DNA of 63,998 nt, filler included, from Dimargaris cristalligena (taxonomy: Eukaryota), in NCBI GenBank assembly GCA_003614675.1. It is 3 parts of 3 records of this genome, joined end to end, with 100 filler letters (N's around TTAATTAATTAA, not from the genome) between each part and the next. Parts side by side here need not be neighbours in the genome. Positions count along the whole stretch, not along the records: positions 22,141 to 44,161 come from ML002645.1; positions 44,262 to 63,998 come from ML002717.1; 1 more part is not named here. One strand, given 5' to 3'. Shown here in pieces: positions 35,050 through 47,240 of this stretch. The notes under the pieces were generated by a model that made no database searches, was not told the origin of the DNA, and saw only the letters and a list, made by a program, of their open reading frames with translations. The translations under genes and the position numbers were made by a program. The first letter of the stretch is position 1. Each line of letters begins with the position of its first letter.

Positions 35050-38000
35050 ATATTGGGGAATAGTGCGCACCTTATTTACAATTTTGTTGTAGATGTACCC
35101 GTACATAAATATATGTGTGCGTCGATTATATTGAGAGCGCTTATTTTTTCGGAAGGGGGGGGGGCTTATATATATTCGTCTAGTGTTGCCTTGTCAACCC
35201 CCATAAGTATTTTAGTAACATTATTACTATTTTTGTTTGAAAATCGTCGGTTCGTGACTATACCCCACGTTCTGGGACGATATTACCCCCATTTGAGAGC
35301 AGACTCTTATAAACCATTACATTTTAGGTTTCTAGCCGTTAATTAAATGGGTGATTTCGCAGATGCGTTCCAGGGATTAAGACTAGGTATAGATCTCCAC
35401 AAATGAATTTACTTAGTGCATAATTACTCACTGGTAGTGAGCAGGATATGCGATGGAAATTTGACGAGAACCAGTTGAAGGTGGGGGGGGGCAACTATTG
35501 ATGATAGCACTGGTAAACTAGTCGTTGGTCGGAAATAGATCCAGGGATTTAAATATCTTGTTGCCCGGATTTAATGTGTAAAATTATTTCATGAACCTAT
35601 GTGTGGTTTTTTTTTGCACAAGCTGCCATTGTGATTTGGAGAAACTAGGAGTGGAAATTTGCCCTTTCCCTATGGTTCTGCGATTATAGCTAATAGACCA
35701 TCAAAACAACATCTGTCCTACTTGTTTATGCCTCACTGGATATATAGGAGGGTTTAAGGGTCATCAACCCCTCTTTTTCATGTTCACTGTGTTCGGCTAG
35801 GGACCGTTTGTTTCCAGAAATAATAATATCTTAGCCAATACTTTTTGGTATCAGTGGTATAGTCGAGTGGGCTAATGTGCATGTCATCATTGGCCAAATG
35901 CATAATACTGGACCTTCATTCGAGTAAGAAGTCGAGCGGAGGGTTGTAAGGTTCGGGACCCTGTAACAATATATATATATATATACATGTAGGGATTATT
36001 GAAAAACAGTGAGGAATCCGTCGCCGGGCGGGCCGCTGTTACATCAAAGTCTACACCTAAGTATCCCTAATAATATGCAAGTCTGAGTAAACGGACTGAC
36101 TAGGCCGTAGGGGGTAGCGACAGGGCATTGCCTAGGAAAATAGGAAAGTATATCAAATGTGGGAAATGGTGGTTGGGACGTCAGTTGGGGATTTTTCAAA
36201 AAAAAAATGTTCATCGTTGATGAAGTTATCGGAAATCATTTAGGGTGGGGTAAAACAGGGACAATGATAGAAATGTATGGCTTGTTCGCCTCATAGATAA
36301 TGTAACAGACATTGCAATTTTAGTAAATTCGAAACGAAGGAGCTGGTGATCTGACGAGTACAGGATACCAAATACCATGTACGTATTCTAACATTAACCC
36401 CCTCCACCCGGCCATGATCATTCCGTTTTTAGGATTCTGGGGCCCCCCAGAGATTGATATGGTCTAAATCAGTCGGGATTTCTAGGCGATAAGATGTATT
36501 AGATGACTTCCCCAACTCTTCTGCTATAGGACCAACATCATGTTGGGGAAGCAGGTATGATGGATCCGGCATAAGAACGCGTATTTCCAGAATATGACTG
36601 GTAAATAGATGGCGCCTTTCGTGGGGTCATTGGGTGCCACACTGGTCCTTATGAACGTGGACCACCCCATCTGTCCTGTCTCATAAAATGTATGTATTGC
36701 TGGTGCCGCTGCTCATTTCCGATGATTGACCATTCTTGTTGTAGACGCGTTAGGCCAATCCCTAACCTTCAGTGTCGTTTCTTCCAGCTACCACAAATCT
36801 ACTGTCCAACTTGGTGCCATCAAAATATTTTATTAAACCTACTACATATATATATATATATATATACCCTGAGGATCGGATGAAATAGTAGTGCACGGGT
36901 GCATCCTTTTCGAGATATCAATTCAGTAACTTGGGAGAAAATGGCCATTGGTATTCTTTGAAAAATATTCCGAATATTCCGGCGATAACCAGCTTTCCGC
37001 CCCATCTAGAGTGCCTCCACTTGGGGCATGCCATCAATATCCACTCCTTTTCGGCCCCTTACTTACTTACTTATTTATTTACTCCTAAGCAATACGGTCT
37101 GTATATTTTTACCACCCCTTTTCACATGGGAGTATTCTGTTACCCACCTAAAAGTATTATCCCGGTTCCACCTGGCATTGCATGAGGGAGGGGGGTGAGT
37201 GAGTGAGTGTACTCTAATACCCCCGCGAGGGTCTCATTACATGCAATGTTCTGCGCATCACACGCCCCCCTCTCCCCAGCTCAGCCCCATTCTCATTTCC
37301 GCTCGACTTATTTTGAATATATCTAAAGCTTCCTCCTGGAATCCAAATGTACAGGGGTGACGGGCCGCCCATACCCTTCGGGGCTCGAGTTCCCCGTATG
37401 TCCGGTTATGCCATATCGTAGCGGGATCGCGTGACTGGCCGAAGCTAATGGCGTGCTCTCCGACTGTTCAAACATAACCAAAAACCGAGGCCTGGTTGGA
37501 TCGATGGTTGAACACCAATATCCTGACCAGCCCTTTATTGAATCCACCGTTAATTCCGGTGAATATTCTTCGCGTTCACCCACAGCCTGGATTGCCAAGA
37601 CTTATTCCCATGCGATGTGGGACCGCCTTACACTGTCGACATATACTATGCTTCTTGCTCTGAAGCAATTCCTTGACAATCCCGGTCCCCCTTTCAACGA
37701 CCTTCACTTTAGGTACCCAGTCAAAGTAGCAGTTTGTGGACTGCCCCCCCCCCATAGGGCCACTTCTTGATTTGGTTTCCAGCAATAGTTTGCCACTCCA
37801 TTGATTGACTTTCACTTGCTATTACACCTAAACTTGCGATTACTATGGCCTGGATGTTTCTCGGTCATTTTCGTAGGGTTTATTCTTGGGATATTCACCA
37901 CACACATACACATGACAAGCTACGACTTAATGCTAAGAATTTGATTAGTATAATACTGTTCTACACTTTTCTTTCAGCAGCATCGTTGTAGTTGTAATGC

Positions 38001-38244
38001 ATTTTAACCTAATGATCCAAAACCACCTTGGAGCATAAGACTTAGGTGGCCGTTAAGTATGCCCGGGAGAACGTAGAGTTTATATTCCGGCCGTCTTCGT
38101 ACCCTTTGTTGACGCCCTTGATCAGCTGTCGGTTGATATTCCCAGTTAAATAATGGTGTTGTAAATGGGAATACTCGCAATATTTTGCTTGGTATATTCG
38201 AAAATGTGGTGACTGGTCAGTTAGTCTAGTCCAGTTGAAATCAA

Positions 38245-38386
38245 TATGGGTGAACTTCAACCCAACTGTATAAGATTTTACACAATATATGTATGGGATA
38301 ATATGTGGGAGAATAACTTTTGACCAGTAATATTTACCTCATCAAATGGATGTTTCGTTATACAGCCTGGATGAACTTCTGCCATA
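38245..38386 (+). mobile_element. MITE family copy 5
   Basis: TATGGGTGAACTTCAACCCAACTGTATAAG ... TTATACAGCCTGGATGAACTTCTGCCATA. Confidence 0.85.
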
Positions 38387-40634
38387 TGCAGTCCTTACTG
38401 AAATGTAAACTCTCAAATACCCATGTAATCGCGACTAACTCTACACTAAACGTTGTAACCGAAACTTGACCCTGGACATATCCCAATCTGACTCAGACGC
38501 GCATCAGTAAAACTATACACACTTAAATATGTCGATGTTGATTTCACCTGCATCCTTTGGTTGCGAGTTTTTTTTTACTAATGAGCTGGTAACCCCTGGT
38601 GCGGTATGGTGTCCATTAAAATGCGAGTATTGCGAATCCCACAGCCCTTTTTGGACAAGGCGTATAGGCGGCTTTCAGGTTTTTTCTCATCGACCTGAGT
38701 ACTTAAGAACTCGCGCTGTACTGATTATTTACATGGGCATATGTATATAGTTTATTTTATTATGATATAGATATCTCATTAGAGCTTAGTGTAATAAGTT
38801 GTATATACTTAACGCCCTTCCCAACTTTTCCAATCTTGACGAGCATCGGTCAGGCCACCCCTTCTATTGGTCAAAAACAGGTTTTAGTTGATTTAGGGGC
38901 AGCTGAAAAACCATGTGCGATTCAGTGGCGGCGGCAGGGTTAATGTGGGTGAGAAACGCACCTACATTTATATGTAAAAAGCCGAGTCATTGCCTAATAG
39001 ATACACCCCCCCTCCCATCAGCCAGGGTTAGAAAACTAAGGCGAGTGGCGGAAAAGCGGCCCTGCTCACCAGCTTCCCACGTCACATGGGCGACTTCAAA
39101 GAAAAATTGATCAGTCAGTTGACCAGCCAAAAACGAAAATATATTAGGGCGGCCAAGCTTCACACCCAAGACGGGGGACCATAATGTTTTTAATTAAACT
39201 AGGAGGACCCTCGGACGATACCTTCCCGACATTTTCCCAGCCTATAGGGGTAGCAAACACCAATTTGTGGACGGATAGTGGTTCTTGTTCATAGTAGGGA
39301 TATCCTGAGTAAGCTGAATGTCGGCTTTTTGAAATACCATGCCCTCGGGGTATAACTTAGCGAGCGTGGCTAAATGTGGTACGGTGGGGTATTAAGGCTA
39401 TCTACCTAACCCAATTGATTGTTATAGTGTTTTACTAACTCACTCAACGAAATCAACAACCCGAAAAGGTGCGTTGTAGGGGCTCTCTGGAATTTTTTAC
39501 ACTCGCACTCCAATAGGGAAGGCAGAAGTCCGAAAAGGGAACAACCAACTCCGAGAGACACTAGAACACCTCGTATCACCCCGCCTTACCGAAGTAGAGA
39601 GGGATGGATCAGTGTACTGTAAAAAAGAGGGTATTTCCTCTCGATTCCATTCCTTCTTAATTCTCCGATTGGTGAAGGAGGTGGCCCACCCTAATAAAGA
39701 TCATCCCCACCCTCCATCCCTCATTGGGGGGCTGATGCAGTCAACTCCGGCAACTTTAATAATAATATCAGTGGCCACTGCCATTTTTAAGGAAGAAAAT
39801 GGTCGCTGGGCGCAATATTAGAGACACAACCTTACTATAGATTTAGTCACACCCTAGCACCGCATAAGCTATTTACAAGGATGGAAACCCCCGAAAGCTA
39901 TTGCCCCACACCCCAACGGCGAAATACAGAAAAAGTCGTGGTACTATTTTTGCGCGACCATTTGCCACTCCATTTCGACCCAATCTCATTCATTCGATAA
40001 AGGGAGAGAGAGCCCCTTATCGCTTTATGTGACTCCTTTCTGTCAAGCTCCCCACCCACGTTCACTTGCGTCTCTTCTCATTATTCCGAGCCCCTAGGGG
40101 TTACATGAATATATATATATATATATATATATAGAGTGGGCTGCCCGCCTTCTCCTTCTCTAATATATCCTCAGTGCATCTTACTTGTTATCTCCAGGTT
40201 CCTTGTCCAATACTTAAAAGGTACGGTAATGTATGGTTCACCCAATTCCCGTGCCTCTCCGCTTCCCACCAATCTATTAGTCTTCGTATTATCGTAAAAC
40301 AGCTTGAGCCAGTTATCTATCTACCCCTTTTTTTCCAATACTTTCGATAAACCTCTATATTCCCGTTTACCCAACACTACATTATTATCCTGCCTTATTT
40401 CTTCGGTATTATTTATAATAGAGTCTGGACGGGTGCCCGTGTTTAGTTCATTATATCTAGTTACTCAAATCCATTGTACTTACCTGGCAAACATTAATAC
40501 TATATACCCTACGTTTGGGTTGGGGCAATAATTTCTCAAAAAAGCTTCTCTATACTTCTTTTCTACCAGCATATATAATACCCCTCGGCTCCCAATTAGC
40601 ACCCGAACCACCCTACCCACTCCACTCACCCGCC

Positions 40635-42579
40635 ATGGCCGCCAGCTCGCCCCCCCGCAACCACCCCCATTACCCCTCTGCCCTGGCGACAGGTGACGGT
40701 GCTGTTGCTGTTCCGAATCAGCGAGCCCATCAGCTTCACCGTCCTCTTTCCCTTCGTGTACTTCATGGTACGCGATTTCCACGTGAGTGACGACCCGAAA
40801 GAAATCGGCTTCTATGTCGGAATCGTCGCCTCGGTGTTCTCCATTGCCCAGCTTACCACGGGCATGCTGTGGGGTTTCCTGTCCGACCGTATCGGCCGTC
40901 GACCCATTCTGCTCATGGGGGTCATGGGCACTGTGGTGTGTTCGGTTCTATTCGGTCTGAGTAAGTCGCTCCTGTGGGCGGTGCTGGTGCGGATTTTGTG
41001 GGGCACCCTGAACGGCAACGCCAGCACCTCCAAAACGATTATGGCCGAAATTACGGACGAGACTAACCAGGCCAAAGGGTTTAGTCTGCTGCCCATGTGT
41101 TGGAACTTGGGCAGTATTATGGGGCCCATGATAGGGGGTCTGTTGTCGAATCCCGTGGAAAATATTCCTAGTATCTTTGGGGACAGCGTACTGTTCGCTG
41201 AATACCCTTACTTGCTGCCCTGTCTGTTTTGTGCCGTCTTGAGCATGGGTAGTTGGTTGATGGGCTTCTTCTTTTTGGAGGAAACGCTCCATAAGAAATT
41301 GCCCCAAACCCGGTCGGGGTCGTTGGTCTCGGTGCCTACTTACGTGGGCCAGTTCCCCCAGAAGGTCGGCTTAGGTTTGGGTGGTTCTCCGACATTGTCA
41401 TTATCTTCGTCGTCAATGTCGGCGGCTTCGGCCTTAGTCTTGGCAGTGAAACCGAATGAGCGTCAATCCCTACTTGGCCGGACGTCGCATGATGCCTCAT
41501 CCATTACCATGGCGGCCGACTACCACGCCATCGGGGCCACCTCGTCGAGTAGTTCGGCCCGGGGTGATATTGACAGCGATGTTTGTATTGACGATATCGA
41601 TGACGACGGCTGTCGTATGGATAAAAGCACTACCACTACCCCGTTATTGGCCACTTCATTGACAGTCGACTCCAAAGCTCCCGTGAACGTATCCTCCTCC
41701 AATGACGATGGCGATGACGATGACGACCACTTGAGCGCTTGGTCGTCTCTAAAGGTCGCTTTTAACCGCGACTCGCTCAAGTGTATCGCCGGATATTTTG
41801 GCATGTCCCTGCTGGCTACCATCCTGGACGATATCTACCCCATCTGGTCCGCCACTGAGCCGGAACTAGGCGGCGTGGGCCTAAGCACCCAAGCTATTGG
41901 GTTTACGTTATCCATTTCGGGCCTGTCCGTACTTTTCATCCAAATCGTCATTTACCCCAAAGTCCAACGCGTATGGGGCAGTCTTCTTTGTTTCCGGTAC
42001 GGTACTCTCCTTTACGCCGGTCTGGCCTTGGTCTTCCCATTGATTACCTTATTGGAAGCGGGTCGTCATGCCCAATTCTGGGACCCCCCCTCCCTGCTTA
42101 CTCTTTTAACGGGATCCGAACTTGAACCCGAACTCCCCAACCTTCCCGTGCATCAGCCTATCCGGACCGTTACTTGGATCGCCCTTATTGCCGCCCTCAT
42201 CGCCCGGGTCTGCGGTAGTACGTTTGGTTTCACTAGCGTCAACATGCTCATCAACAATTCGGTGCCGAACCGCGAAGCTTTGGGTACCGTGAATGGGTTT
42301 GCGCAGAGTGTGGGCTCCTTGGCCCGTGCCATTGGCCCCATGTTAGCCGGGGCGGCCTGGAGTTGGTCCCTGGTCAATGGACGGCCATTCCCGTTCAACT
42401 CTTACTTTATTTTCCTGCTAACTTCCCTGATTGCCCTGGCGACGTATTTGGTCACTTTCACATGGCATCCCCGGATCAATCAACGGGCGTATGCGGCGGA
42501 ATCGACTGTGATCATGTCCGTGGCTGGGACTGGGACCGGCCTCGTTCCCCATACCGTTAAATCACCTAGTCAAGTATGA
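40635..42579 (+). CDS. MFS transporter (ZIFL/TetA-like, DHA1 group), with an apparent +1 frameshift at 40650-40656
   Basis: 'TPLPWRQVTVLLLFRISEPISFTVLFPFVYFMV', MFS motif A 'WGFLSDRIGRRPILL', 'GPMIGGLL', 'LGTVNGFAQSVGSLARAIGP'. The strong-context ATG at 40635 (CCGCCATGG) is one base out of frame with the main ORF. Confidence 0.92.
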
Positions 42580-44161
42580 CTCCTAGGGGCAAATAAGTCC
42601 CCTTATCCTTCTACTCTGATTTTCTATTCCGGACGCAGTGCCCGGCTGGGCCTTGTATAAATACCTGTATTTTTCGTAAATTAAATATGGACTTGGTGGA
42701 TCTTCATGTAGGTGGATGTGGGGCATGCTGTGATTGACATAGGGTAGGCCTGACTCAATTATACTCGGGTTGGGTGTATCTTGCTAGATTGGCTGTATAT
42801 TATAGTGGGGTTAGAAAAAGAATCTGGGCCCGGACTGTTCGATTGAATCAATATTGGAACTTCCAATAGTTATTGATTTGACCAATAATGTATGCCAAAT
42901 ACTGGGGGGGCTATCCCCTGGCCTCGGCTTTACTGGCACATACCACCTATTGGGTTCTGTTGGACTGAAGGGGCGGGCGGGGTCGGCGACACATGTCCAA
43001 GTTAAAGAGGGAAGGCAATCGGCGGAGCCTGGCGAGCCTTTCGAAAGTACCCGAGTCCCCTTACTTTAAAATGTATGTCTTAGGGGCGGGCCAGAGAAAT
43101 CCACCCCTTCCATTAATTATAATATCAATAATGGGTTGATAAAACATTATTATTTTGGCGGCGGTGGTGGTGGTATTGGAAGAGGCGGGGGGTTAAATAT
43201 CACATAAATACACAATCAATTCATCATTAGCAATACCTTTAATTTCGGGGAAATGGAAAGAACAAATATTCCCAAGGCGGCACGTTTGTGTTGGTAGGCC
43301 AATAAGGGTCTTCCCAAGACATTACTGCAGATACTGCTCTATTTAGCGGAGGATGGAGTTCTCTGCATAGGTCAGATCAAAACCGAAGCAAAGGAATGAC
43401 GCAAGCAGGCAGGGTAAACGAAGGGATCACCGTAAGTTTACAAGCGGGGTGGGGTGTGAATGGAATGGAATGGAGGCAATCTGAAATTTTAGTTCTAAGA
43501 ATAGTTTTCCCTTGACCACGGCGTCTACAAAACACACCATCCAAAAGGGTTAGAGAAATTTGACTGGCCAATCAGATTCTTTGGCCAATTTCAACCAAAC
43601 CAAATTTGATTGCCAAATTTCAAGAAACTTCTGTAATGATTGGGCAGAGGGTGGCAGATAAATCTCACTAAGCAATGCCAATAAATTCCCCAATACATGG
43701 AAGCGTGGTGAATACAGCTGTCAAGTAGCTGGCAGATATCTGCACTGAAGCTGGTAGACTTGGGAGATGGGTAATAGTAGTATGCAGTGACTGTGATATG
43801 CAATGTGGTCAATAAAAACCTGAAGTCTTCCATGTGCCAATTTTGCCCACTTATTTAATGCATTACCCAGAACCATGAGAGAGTCAACTGACATGGCTTA
43901 TTACATCAGTAGTGATAAAACACTTGATTAATATTCCTGAATGGATGGCCATTGTAACCAAAATTGGTTCAAAATAGTTTAACTTCCTTATTGGTAGCTG
44001 GCTCTGGCGCCCTCTCCCCACACTCAATAGTAATTCAACCATTTCTTAACCCCTACACTGATTTCACTATTGTAGTAAACTTACCACATTTTTTACCTAC
44101 TTTTATTTTTTATCTATTTTTCGCACTTATCGGAAGTACGCCCCTGACGAGTGAATGAGCC

Positions 44162-44261
44162 NNNNNNNNNNNNNNNNNNNNNNNNNNNNNNNNNNNNNNN
44201 NNNNNTTAATTAATTAANNNNNNNNNNNNNNNNNNNNNNNNNNNNNNNNNNNNNNNNNNNN
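44162..44261. other. Artificial contig spacer (N-TTAATTAATTAA-N)
   Basis: N run with the linker at 44206-44217. Confidence 0.97.
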
Positions 44262-44265
44262 TATA

Positions 44266-44407
44266 TATGGGAGTAGTTCAACAAGGCTATATAACGAAAA
44301 ATCCATTTGATGAGGCAAATACTACTGGTTGAAAATAAACATCCCGCCGATTTTCCCAAACACATAACGGTTAAAACCTTATACAACCAAGCTGAACTTC
44401 ACCCATA
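44266..44407 (-). mobile_element. MITE family copy 6, at a contig start
   Basis: TATGGGAGTAGTTCAACAAGGCTATATAA ... TTATACAACCAAGCTGAACTTCACCCATA. Confidence 0.85.
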
Positions 44408-45870
44408 TGCAAATGGAATTTCCTAATATAAACGACCAGAGGATTTATTTGACATTAATGAAATGCATCGCCCTGGCCAATTCCAAGTTCAAATCGGGTA
44501 AACAATCCGCACCTGCACTGGTTCCGGGCCCAAATAAACAAACGCGCTACTTTATCGGTGACAGGTATGTCAATTAAGTTTAAATGGCCATGGCTTTGTG
44601 ACAATGGGCAGTGTAAGTAAGTTTTGTTAATGCAACTGGGTCACTCTGTCCACACGCTCTTTATTCGGGGTCTTTTATCTATAGTAGTGTGGCGGGCAGT
44701 CGCTATGCTCCCTGTGATTCAAGCGTGACCTCTACCTGCCCCACTGCTCTTTTACCTGACATGCCACCCAAATGATTGGACAGGCACTTGGAAGCCCATC
44801 TTTTGCTATGAGTGGGAAATTTATATTTGGCCTTCCCAGCCACAAAAACTACGGTCCTCACTTTACTATACGCATTTTTATAAATATACGTGTATACTGG
44901 AGTACTAAGACCAGATATGATTAGAATACTGCACTTCAGGTATCTGGACGCCGTAGTTATGAAGGTATACCCTCCCATCCTGGGTGGAGAAATGGGAGAG
45001 GGCGGATTCCTAAACCCCAGCTTACCCTCCGCTGTTTCTCGCCAGCTGGGGTTTGGTTCTTGCGTAGGCCACGCCCTATGTTTTGCTTCCCCAGATATAT
45101 ATTTTTATTCACAGGCTTCCATTGTTTACTATTCTGACTGACAGCGCCTCGTTTTCTTATAATAAGGAAAGATAAGGTAAACTAAAGTCCCGCTTCGGGG
45201 ATTGTTAAAATCCCGCCTCTTTATGACAGCTGCCTATTTCCATCCCCCAGAGGTTTGACAGGTCTAGTTCCTGGCTTTATGAGTCGAAACAGTCGGATTG
45301 GCAAATACAGCCCCCCTACTCTTTTATGCCCGTATTATTATTGTTTTTTTTGGTGGAGGTTCCACCGATACTAAAATACTAACAATCCATTTCGTGGCTC
45401 AATTCATCCATCTGAGTATCGTGAAGCTATCGGTAGAGTACATCTCCAACGGGTGGGTCAACTCCCCCCCCCCCACCACCACTTCAAGTCAGCTAGCCTT
45501 CATAAAAGAGCCATTTATAACGGGGGTCCTTTCCGCCCCCACTTCACCTCATATAGTATTGTGCGCCACACATGATCCGATATGCTGAATTCTTCTCCAT
45601 CCTACTGAACCTCTTTCCTAAGTTTTCCCCCACCAAAAGATTTGCTGGCCATTTCAACTGGCATACCTGTATCTACCAAATACATTTATCGCATAGTTTG
45701 GCACTTCACGCCCGCTGCTTATATAAATAGGGGTTTTTTGACCAACCGACACCTTGCTCAGACTGGACCTATTCCTATTCCAACCTAAGCTACTTTACCC
45801 TATATAATCCCTTTTGGGCTATCCCTAATTGTTTCAATTTCATTTCTCTTGATTTTGGGAGGGAACAGCC

Positions 45871-46329
45871 ATGTCTGCCTACTACACCATCTCGACTTCC
45901 GCCCACCGAACCTACACCCACGTACCGGTGGACCCTTCCATACGCTACCAAGTATACTGTAAACACCTCAAGCGACTTCTCCGCCGGGTACCCGGTATAG
46001 TCGCCTGTTCCCGCCGCAGCGGAATCCCCGACCTGGCGGAAGTCCCGCCGCTGGATGATAGCCAAATGATGGTGGTGGCCTTTATGTTAGACATGGCCAC
46101 CGATACCATTGAAGTGCTGGCCCGGCGCTACGATGATGACCAAGCCGCCCGGAATCCGGGCAACTCGCGGCAAGCGGCTTATCACGATTTATTACAGGCG
46201 GTCGAGGAACGCCGGGCGCGGGCCCGGTATTACTTAGTGCAGGGCCAGGCAGCTAGTAGAAAATTCGGCAAGTTTATCCGTTGGGTGGATACGATGGAAT
46301 TCATCTTGAGTCGGCATATTCTTGCTTAG
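45871..46329 (+). CDS. Hypothetical protein, 152 aa, intronless
   Basis: GC-rich ORF with a GCCATG start context inside AT-richer flanks; TATAAATA at about 45722. No family recognised. Confidence 0.65.
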   Translation: MSAYYTISTSAHRTYTHVPVDPSIRYQVYCKHLKRLLRRVPGIVACSRRSGIPDLAEVPPLDDSQMMVVAFMLDMATDTIEVLARRYDDDQAARNPGNSRQAAYHDLLQAVEERRARARYYLVQGQAASRKFGKFIRWVDTMEFILSRHILA

Positions 46330-47240
46330 AGCCAATCCCTACCCTACGCATTCATTCCCTCGGCATACACTATCCTTAACCGACTCCCCACTTTGACCTA
46401 TTGCTTCGCTTTACTTTTTTACAGAGGAGGGGGGGGGTTGAGAATGACCCCTTTGTTAGCGGTTACTGCATTCCCCGGTTAAACAATTAACCCGCTACCG
46501 AACTAGTTGGTTTACGACGTTCTCATTCACATCTCGTGGGTGGCCGTCTTAACAAGTCTGACATTCAGGTATTAGAAACCGCTCTAGTGAGCCACGGATA
46601 GGGCTCCTCTCGTGCATCATTAGTTATTCGCCTTCGGGGGGTGGCTTTACGCCTTTATCATCCACATTCCTCTCTCTAATATCACTCACGACTCGCCTCC
46701 TTCTACCTTCCACAACAGACAGTTCACCCAGAAACATTCCGCCTACGCCTCATTTTCTTTATTAGTAGCCAATGTAACTAATATACATATATATGTATTT
46801 ATATGGAGGGGGGTAAACTTCTGCCAATTGTTTTACTTTATATTGCCAATCGGCAAATTCCGCTATCACTGCACCTTCCCTGTAACATTATTGGGACTAC
46901 AAAGTGAACTCAAGTCGCATAGTTGGCAATTATTATTATGGACTGTATAAACGCCCCCGTCGCGCCTGATTTTTGTTAGTATGTCTATAACCCCGGTTAT
47001 TCATATCGTCAGCGGTGTTTTAGGTATACATGGTTAAGGCTTGGCATACTATTCAATCATTCCGTGTTTATTGAATTTCCTAACATCCGATATTCCAATT
47101 AAACTTTAACCGTAAATATTGGTTTTGCGTGATTCTCCTCCATTGGGATTCCATATCAGTGACCATATCCCGCCATTCATTTTGCCTTTACCAAATAGCA
47201 CTTACCCGAATAGACCTCCCTGTGGGTCTTCCGGGGCTAT

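Noticed and set aside
35962..36043. TGTAACA...TGTTACA ends resembling a solo LTR
   Set aside because: Only about 80 bp, no matching target-site duplication and no second copy seen.
37453..37770. 105-aa ORF in the ALT-MFS intergenic region
   Set aside because: Non-ATG start, no recognisable family, weak coding signal.
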